From positions 1 through 40,538 of IMG/VR virus record IMGVR_UViG_3300048043_000009: a DNA stretch of 40,538 nt, one strand, 5' to 3'. This stretch comes from a virus (lineage: Duplodnaviria; Caudoviricetes). A model generated the notes under the pieces. The model ran no database searches, was not told the DNA's origin, and worked only from the letters and a program-made list of their open reading frames with translations. Below are positions 34,026-40,538 of this stretch, piece after piece (position 1 is the stretch's first letter; every line of letters starts with the position of its first letter). The position numbers and the translations under genes were made by a program.

Positions 34026-37000
34026 CGTTTCTTTTTCTTGGCTACATCCTTACGGGCTTGTTCAACTAGAGTGAATTGCTGTTTTTTTTCTTTTATATCC
34101 ATCTGTTGCATGGTTCTTTCGATTGCATTCATGTTAACGCCAGCTTGCAGGATATTACCTTCAACTGCGTTCTTCATGACTTGGCTATAATGATTACGTA
34201 AAGCAGGGGATGCAACCATTCTATGAACAATCTTCTGAGTGTGGTATATAGGCCACAAACCTACTGCTCCAACCGTAGCAGCTGCTTTAGCTCCTACACC
34301 TACAAAACCAAATAATTTTCTTGTGAGTGGATCAGAAACTTTATCGCCAAAGTTCTTTTGGAGTATATTCCCTAAAGAATTGCTAGTCGCCCATGTGGCA
34401 TATGCCTCATTTCCAGCACGATTAAGTTTTCCCCATTCTGGATCAACTTTTGCATATTGATCAGTTGCCTTAAGTAAAAGGCTTTTGAATCTGTTTAGCC
34501 AGTAAACAGCTTTCTTTCCTATGCTCTTATCTTTAGTGAGATCAAATCCGCCTTTGGCTTCTATGATCTCATTAACGGTTTTTCTCATGCCTACAGCGTT
34601 TTCCATTGGAAGTTTACCACCTGTGCTGAACTTCAGTGATTCTTCAATCTTGGTAAGTGCAGGTCCATGAGAATCAGACTTACCGCCTTTAGTCATTTCT
34701 TTTTCGAGTTTTCGAGCTTCTTTATTAAAATCTCTAGAATGAACATATGACCCAGGAGTTAGTCTTTTATCTGCATCGTTCAGCATGCCTGTAGCATATT
34801 GTCTTGCTCCACCATTTTGTATGCGACCAGCCATAACATCAAAAAATAACATAGTGCCCGAAGCGGCCAGATCTGAAACATTCTTGCTAAAACCAGTGTA
34901 TGTCAACCCTTCTTTAGTTGAAGCTCCTATGACTGGTATTGCTAATGTCCTGAAGAATCCTAATCCACCAGACATGGCATTAGCAACGATATTACTGCCT
35001 AATGCGTCTATCTTCTCATCCATTTCTGTTTTTGGTTCAAAAGCACCTGCTGTCAAATCTTTAATAGTATTTCGAACATCCGTAGAAGTTGGCAAGTGTT
35101 GAGTTGTGTGATCTTTTAAACCTGGTATGAAACCTATCATCCATTTTCCAACAGCTTCAGCATTTCCTGGAAGTCCAATCAGACTTTCTAAAGCTCTAAC
35201 CTGTACTCTTTTCTGTGAAGAATCCCATATATCAGGTTTAGGAGTTCCTTTACTTTTCTCTTCCTTAGCCAAAGGTTTTTCCGTATTAGTCTCTTTAGCT
35301 TGCTCTGCTTCTTTAGCTAACCTGCGTTGTGGTGCTTCATTTATCTCAGAAACAAATTGCTCTTTGCGGGCATTGAATTCTTTTTTTGTAGCAGACAAAG
35401 CATTCGCAACATTTGGATATTTTTCCTTAATTACTCGTTTGACATCTTCCCATGGTGAACCAAAACCTTTAGTTTCTCCAACCTCTTTAGCTTTTTTATT
35501 TATAAAATCAAGTAAAGGCGCAGGGAGCGATTTTCCTTCCTCAGTCAATGGTTCAGTCGTATCAGATGCGATGTCCTGTCCTTGTGCCTCTAATGCGGTT
35601 TCTTGAGGCATTCCAATAGGTTGTGTTTGTGCAGGTTGTTGCATTTGAGATTGAGGCTCTTGAGGCACTTGGCCCATAGGGGAAGCTTGCTGTGCTGGTT
35701 GAGCTTCAACTTGTGCTTGAGGCATAGCCGCTTCTTCCCCTTCAGGCACTTCATATCCAAGATTCTTTGCCATCTGACGTGCAACTTCTGGATCTTTAGT
35801 GATAGATTCAAGATAGGCTAATCTTGCTGGAGTTAGGGGAGTGCCGGGCTCGGCTTTATCCAAAGATTGGATCTTAGAAGGATCATCATTCTCCATGTAT
35901 GTTTGAATCTTAAGCTTGCTTTCTTTAAGCCTTCCCTTTTGATATATATCATTCAAAGCCCTAGCTCTTTCAGCCACGTCACGTTTGACATATCCGGACT
36001 TACCAGGCATTGAAGTTTCTTTGATATCTTGTGCCGATAAATTGCGCACATTATCCCAATAGTTTTTAGCTACATCGACACCATATCTTTTAGCCTCTAT
36101 GACTACTTTATTTGCCCATTCTCTTTTATCAATGGAAGGTAAGCTATTGAAGATCTGTTTATCAATCCAGACGTTAGGTCTGCTGCCCAAACTTTTAATA
36201 TCTTCCACGGTAAAGTTCTTAACAGCTGATTGGAATTGAGCATCAGCAGGTGATGTACCCAAAGGTAAACCAGTCTTTGCGGATAACCAACCAGTAAATG
36301 ACAGATCTTTAGCTGTAGATTCCATTTGGTCTAGGTTATTTACCTTTTCATCGTAAGATGCGTCAAAATCTCTCATTTGCTCTAAAATTTTGTCAGAGAC
36401 TTTAGTGCTGTAGTCTCTTTCTGATTCAAAGTTAGATCGTAAGATCTTGTCATCTTCACGCTTATTTTCAAGTTCCGTTGCCCTAGTTTCTGCCATCTGA
36501 GTTGCTAAAGTACGACTTCCTTTATTGTCTAAAACAGATTCAAAAACCTGCTCTGGAGTCATATTTTTATAATCTGGATGTGATTTAACTTTATCTCTTG
36601 CTATTACCATATCAGGTGTCAAAGCTTGTTCAGCAGCAGGGATCTTTGGCCCAGTAGCCGACTTTTGTTGCTGTTTCATCTGAGCAACAACTTGATTTCC
36701 AAGGATCTGTTTTTGTTGAAGGTCAATAGGAGCGGACTGAATACCTTGGAGCATCTTGTTTAAATCGCCACCGCTTTGCTCATAAAGAGCACCTAGCAAC
36801 TTCGAGTTTTGTTGTTGTTTTTGTTGCTCTTTCTTCTCTTGACGTTCTTCTTCCGCATAGTGCTGTTTAAGCTTTGCTTCTTGCAGTTGCTTAGCTAAAC
36901 TAAGCTCACGTTCTTGCCCTTTCTGCTGTTGATACTCAGCCAGACCAGCGTTAAGACCGCCGGCAAATCCCTGGCCTATACCTTGGCCTATTAACCCACC

Positions 37001-37039
37001 AGTATTATATTTCTCTGGAAGTACTTGAATCTGTGGCAT
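34022..37039 (-). CDS. Large internal virion / DNA ejection protein
   Basis: 1005 aa, helical, Q/E/K-rich with GxxxG segments; podoviral position. Confidence 0.7.
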   Translation of the reverse strand: MPQIQVLPEKYNTGGLIGQGIGQGFAGGLNAGLAEYQQQKGQERELSLAKQLQEAKLKQHYAEEERQEKKEQQKQQQNSKLLGALYEQSGGDLNKMLQGIQSAPIDLQQKQILGNQVVAQMKQQQKSATGPKIPAAEQALTPDMVIARDKVKSHPDYKNMTPEQVFESVLDNKGSRTLATQMAETRATELENKREDDKILRSNFESERDYSTKVSDKILEQMRDFDASYDEKVNNLDQMESTAKDLSFTGWLSAKTGLPLGTSPADAQFQSAVKNFTVEDIKSLGSRPNVWIDKQIFNSLPSIDKREWANKVVIEAKRYGVDVAKNYWDNVRNLSAQDIKETSMPGKSGYVKRDVAERARALNDIYQKGRLKESKLKIQTYMENDDPSKIQSLDKAEPGTPLTPARLAYLESITKDPEVARQMAKNLGYEVPEGEEAAMPQAQVEAQPAQQASPMGQVPQEPQSQMQQPAQTQPIGMPQETALEAQGQDIASDTTEPLTEEGKSLPAPLLDFINKKAKEVGETKGFGSPWEDVKRVIKEKYPNVANALSATKKEFNARKEQFVSEINEAPQRRLAKEAEQAKETNTEKPLAKEEKSKGTPKPDIWDSSQKRVQVRALESLIGLPGNAEAVGKWMIGFIPGLKDHTTQHLPTSTDVRNTIKDLTAGAFEPKTEMDEKIDALGSNIVANAMSGGLGFFRTLAIPVIGASTKEGLTYTGFSKNVSDLAASGTMLFFDVMAGRIQNGGARQYATGMLNDADKRLTPGSYVHSRDFNKEARKLEKEMTKGGKSDSHGPALTKIEESLKFSTGGKLPMENAVGMRKTVNEIIEAKGGFDLTKDKSIGKKAVYWLNRFKSLLLKATDQYAKVDPEWGKLNRAGNEAYATWATSNSLGNILQKNFGDKVSDPLTRKLFGFVGVGAKAAATVGAVGLWPIYHTQKIVHRMVASPALRNHYSQVMKNAVEGNILQAGVNMNAIERTMQQMDIKEKKQQFTLVEQARKDVAKKKKR

Positions 37040-37042
37040 AGC

Positions 37043-37723
37043 CTATTTCCCCCAAGGATTGTTTGATTGGAATGAACTTCCTTGCGAATTTGATTGGAAT
37101 GAACTTCCTTGCGAATCAGCCCAAGGATTATTACTCTGGAATGAAGCACCTTGAGGAGCTGAACCACCTTTATTAAACATACCGCCAAACATGCTCATTA
37201 GAGGACCGGCAGCGGCAAGGCCAACCCCTCCTGTCATAGCTCCAAGTATCGCAGGTAAAGCTGTCTGAAGAAGTCCTTGTGATCCTGGCTGCATTGCCTG
37301 AGTGTTCACGTTCATTCCATTCAGCATGTTTGTATATGGTTGCTGTGCATATTGCAATCCCATTTGAGCGCCTTGTTGCTGCAAACCACCTTTAATAGCA
37401 CCTAATTGAGACATTAGATTAGTCCCGGCAGTTCCCAAGGAGTTGTTTAAAGCGCTTGATCCGGCAGCACCTGCACCCGTGCCCATTCCGGCGAAGCGTT
37501 CGGCTATACCCGGAATAACCTGTTGATTGAATTGATTCATCAGAGGTTGTTCAAACTGTGAAGTATCTCCAGAAAGAAGCTTCATTAAGTAGTCATTTCC
37601 TTGCTGATAAAGAGGATTACTTTGAATACCTTGCGTATATTGGTCCTGCATCTTTTGTTGATTTTTATCTAGTGTACTGATCATTTTAGACTTTGAGCCT
37701 AATATAAAATCCCAGAATGCCAT
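37043..37723 (-). CDS. Small ejection (pilot) protein
   Basis: G/Q/M/A-rich; C-terminal SQGSSFQSN repeats. Confidence 0.7.
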   Translation of the reverse strand: MAFWDFILGSKSKMISTLDKNQQKMQDQYTQGIQSNPLYQQGNDYLMKLLSGDTSQFEQPLMNQFNQQVIPGIAERFAGMGTGAGAAGSSALNNSLGTAGTNLMSQLGAIKGGLQQQGAQMGLQYAQQPYTNMLNGMNVNTQAMQPGSQGLLQTALPAILGAMTGGVGLAAAGPLMSMFGGMFNKGGSAPQGASFQSNNPWADSQGSSFQSNSQGSSFQSNNPWGK

Positions 37724-37725
37724 AT

Positions 37726-38217
37726 TTAAGCCTTTATATATTCAAGCACGACATAGCATGTGACGTATGCAGTCCAATCGCTTGCAGTTGTTATATTAAC
37801 GTTAGTTGTATCTACGAATAATTCTATATTATCATTAGCGTTATTGCTTGCATAGGGAATTGGAATGAAAGAAGTTCCTGGTTGCGTAGCTGTTGCATAG
37901 ATCCTAGTGAAGATTGTTCCGTTAGTAATATTTATTCCATGTGCAACAGCTTTATTCATGGCATTTGGCAACGCGCCGAAATTGACTACTGTGCGGTAAG
38001 TATACCTATTCTTCTTGGGAGAGAAGTTAATCGCGAAGTATTGCTGACCTGATAATATTTCATTGTTTTCGTAATTTCCATTTTCCTTGATATTGACAAT
38101 ATCAGCCGTAAGTCTTTCTCTTTTGCATATAAAATCTATGAAGCTACTTTCATCTTTAGGTAAAGCAAATTCGACAGGAAGAAAAGAAGATTGAGAATTG
38201 ATAGGTGCATAACTCAT
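37726..38217 (-). CDS. Tail-associated protein
   Basis: beta-rich, ends YVVLEY; follows nozzle. Confidence 0.7.
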   Translation of the reverse strand: MSYAPINSQSSFLPVEFALPKDESSFIDFICKRERLTADIVNIKENGNYENNEILSGQQYFAINFSPKKNRYTYRTVVNFGALPNAMNKAVAHGINITNGTIFTRIYATATQPGTSFIPIPYASNNANDNIELFVDTTNVNITTASDWTAYVTCYVVLEYIKA

Positions 38218-40385
38218 CTTTTGATCCTTCCTTCGTTTCTTGTATGGAAGATAACTCCTTGAAGTTCAAAATCTGAAGATCCTACCAATGGATCAGCTAA
38301 CTGCGCAGCGCTAAGAGTAATAGTTATTTGATGCTGTCTAGCTATCATCCCCAAGAAAACGCGCGTATATTTCGAATTGTCGGTTGCGCTAGATAAGTTA
38401 ACGACTCTTTGCAACCAAGGAGCTGAAGAATTATCATCTATATAATTTTGCAATGTAACTTGGCAATTGTCTGTTCCTGTCGTATATAAATCATAATACT
38501 GAAGTCTACAGCGCATTGCCTTGTTGAAGTATGGATTTATCAAATTTGTGGTTAAAACAAAGTTGTAATTAATTCCATTATCAGTTGAAACGTCAGGAGC
38601 CATTATTTGCCAGACACGTGAACTTACATCACCGGCAACAATGATTATTGTGTTTTGCTGATCGAGGGGAGTTTCCCAAGTTGAAGTATCTCCAGCCCAA
38701 ATTGTTGTCCAAGTGCTCCAAATGCTATCTACTGTTTGCTTATATTGACCTAGAGTAGTAAAACTTTGCTGGAATTGTGCCCATGTTGAATCCTGGTAAT
38801 TATAGCAAAGAACATTGTTTGGAGTTTGCGCATTGGTGCCAGTATCTCCATATAACCAATAAACCAAGCGCTTTTGATAATCACGAATGCCTTGAATACG
38901 ATCAATCCCTTCAACGGTTCCACCATCTTCGAAACTATCTACAAAGTCGGGAACTTCAAGATCAATGCGGTCTACATCATTGAAAGTGGATCTGATAATT
39001 CCTCGGCGACTTATACCTAAAAGTCCTTCATCAAATTCGACGGTAGTGAAAGTGCCTTCGATTCCAAATTGCGTGTTAATACGTTCCCAGACGAAGGGTA
39101 AAATCTCATTTCCTGTGTAGCGAAGCCTCCACATACTGAATTGAAATCCCACGATAAGGGTATCTTGGACAATTCCACATGCAACGATTTGTTCACTGGT
39201 ATCTGCATCTATATATCCTCCTTTTCCAGGCACATTATCTAGCCAAGCCGTGGCGTCGTTTGAGAATCCAGCAGGAGCGTTTGCCACGAAAGGAGTACCT
39301 AATTGACTCCAACGAGCACGACTATAAAAGTTTTTGTTTCCTATTTGTGGAGTGGCATTACTTCCTTCTGTCGTATTAAGTGCAACCAAGCGGCCTTTAT
39401 AAGGAAGAATCATTAGCGCGGAATTTAAGTATATTGAATTAACCATGGGTTGAAAATCGGCCCATCCGTTTGTTGTGCTTCCATTAAAAAAACGAATCCC
39501 AACAGGTTGAGCAACCGTATTGAAAATATTGTTTGTAGACCACATTACTGTAGCAAAATTGGAAGTGTAGAAAAAATTATCCTTAGTTCCCGACCATGTA
39601 ATTGGCGCACCTGTGGTGTTAAAACTAATGTCAATGAAGCTATTAGACGTTGTATTGTAAAGCCAAGCTTCTTTGGGATTAAAAACAACAAGTTGCTCGT
39701 TTCCTGTTGATGTCAGGAGGAATGTTCTTGTACCGACTATTGGCAAATAAATGTCAGCCGAAGCGCCTTGCCCAGAAGCCACAACGTTTTGAGATCCAGG
39801 GGGAAGCGCATTCAAAACTTGAAGAGAAAATGTATTTGCATTTATCACCGTGATATAAAAGGCCTGTTTCTCAAGACCGCCAAGTTCTACTGTTCCTCCA
39901 GAAGAATAAGATAATCCGTTTGTTGAAACAGACAAAACGATAGTTGAACCTGAAATGGAGATTATGGGGAATGTTCCTTGATTAAGGATAGTTCCTATAG
40001 AACCAACGATTCCAGTGAGATAAACCGTATTTCCAACAGATATATTTAGAGGTCCAGTTGTAGTTATGCTAGTCGTAATTCCTGGGGTTATTAAGGTGAT
40101 TGTTCCATTCGTTGCCACGACGTTTTCTAGATAAACCATGTCCCCGGTTAATAATCCATGTGCTGCAAGAGTGACGACTGGAGGTGTAGCGTTAGTGATA
40201 GCAGTGGCAGAACCCCAAAGAGGGATACGACCAAGCACAACACTTCCTTCACGCTTTTTTACGCTTCCTCTCCAGGTGTAGCAATTCAGCATTTTGACAA
40301 AAGCATCCTTTCCAATAATGAAAGGCTTGTAATACTGGCTAAGCCCGCTTTTGTATGGAGCTACTAAGTTAGGTTCATATCCCAT
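38214..40385 (-). CDS. Tail nozzle / packaged-DNA stabilisation protein with FCCH-like insertion
   Basis: N-terminal NCYTWRGSVKKREG, YKGRLV, RARWSQLG propeller-type motifs; 723 aa. Confidence 0.7.
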   Translation of the reverse strand: MGYEPNLVAPYKSGLSQYYKPFIIGKDAFVKMLNCYTWRGSVKKREGSVVLGRIPLWGSATAITNATPPVVTLAAHGLLTGDMVYLENVVATNGTITLITPGITTSITTTGPLNISVGNTVYLTGIVGSIGTILNQGTFPIISISGSTIVLSVSTNGLSYSSGGTVELGGLEKQAFYITVINANTFSLQVLNALPPGSQNVVASGQGASADIYLPIVGTRTFLLTSTGNEQLVVFNPKEAWLYNTTSNSFIDISFNTTGAPITWSGTKDNFFYTSNFATVMWSTNNIFNTVAQPVGIRFFNGSTTNGWADFQPMVNSIYLNSALMILPYKGRLVALNTTEGSNATPQIGNKNFYSRARWSQLGTPFVANAPAGFSNDATAWLDNVPGKGGYIDADTSEQIVACGIVQDTLIVGFQFSMWRLRYTGNEILPFVWERINTQFGIEGTFTTVEFDEGLLGISRRGIIRSTFNDVDRIDLEVPDFVDSFEDGGTVEGIDRIQGIRDYQKRLVYWLYGDTGTNAQTPNNVLCYNYQDSTWAQFQQSFTTLGQYKQTVDSIWSTWTTIWAGDTSTWETPLDQQNTIIIVAGDVSSRVWQIMAPDVSTDNGINYNFVLTTNLINPYFNKAMRCRLQYYDLYTTGTDNCQVTLQNYIDDNSSAPWLQRVVNLSSATDNSKYTRVFLGMIARQHQITITLSAAQLADPLVGSSDFELQGVIFHTRNEGRIKR

Positions 40386-40396
40386 TAAAATATACC

Positions 40397-40538
40397 ATAT
40401 ACTATAACATTCAGTGTTCCGGCATAAGGATTTTCATTATTAAAAGAATTTACTCTTATTACAAAACCAACATTTGATCTAGCTATAATGCTAACGAAAT
40501 ATATGTCAGTATTTACTAGGAAAGGACTATCTAGATTT
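40397..40538. repeat. Terminal direct repeat (right copy)
   Basis: Matches 1-142 with one mismatch. Confidence 0.97.

Noticed and set aside
29337-35821. Plus-strand and alternate-frame ORFs over the fibre and ejection genes
   Set aside because: Shadow ORFs of long genes, explained by codon bias, with no recognisable RBS or motifs
37050-37150. 27-bp tandem repeats
   Set aside because: In-frame low-complexity SQGSSFQSN repeats of the ejection protein, not a regulatory array
1-40538. Stop-codon reassignment or suppressor tRNAs
   Set aside because: Core genes are intact in the standard code and end in TAA, TAG and TGA; none of the tRNA-like RNAs has a canonical suppressor loop

Overview
The window looks like one complete, circularly closed dsDNA tailed-phage genome (unit length about 40,396 bp; 142-bp end overlap with one synonymous mismatch). 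It has podovirus-type virion genes: TerS, TerL, P22-like portal, scaffold, N4-gp56-type major capsid, adaptor, nozzle, ejection proteins and two tail fibres. It also has a lambdoid-style early/replication region: Cro-like HTH, an O-like initiator with internal iterons, a TOPRIM-DnaB primase-helicase, Bet/YqaJ recombination, ParB-like and RusA-like genes. I could not recognise an integrase, CI repressor, DNA polymerase or endolysin. Main points of interest: (1) an opposite-strand operon inside the head module, headed by a tRNA-like RNA with a deformed anticodon arm and encoding a metallophosphoesterase, a DRB0094-type RNA ligase and a Pnkp-type HAD phosphatase; (2) two more tRNA-like RNAs with intact acceptor/D/T arms but aberrant anticodon arms in a structured RNA cluster after the exonuclease; (3) two tandem units, each an antisense sRNA plus mutually exclusive hairpins, in front of the replication genes; (4) several operator-like repeat systems and an A-tract-free non-coding block beside TerS. 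An environmental Chlamydiae-like host is suggested but unverified. All family calls come from motif recognition by eye, not from database searches.
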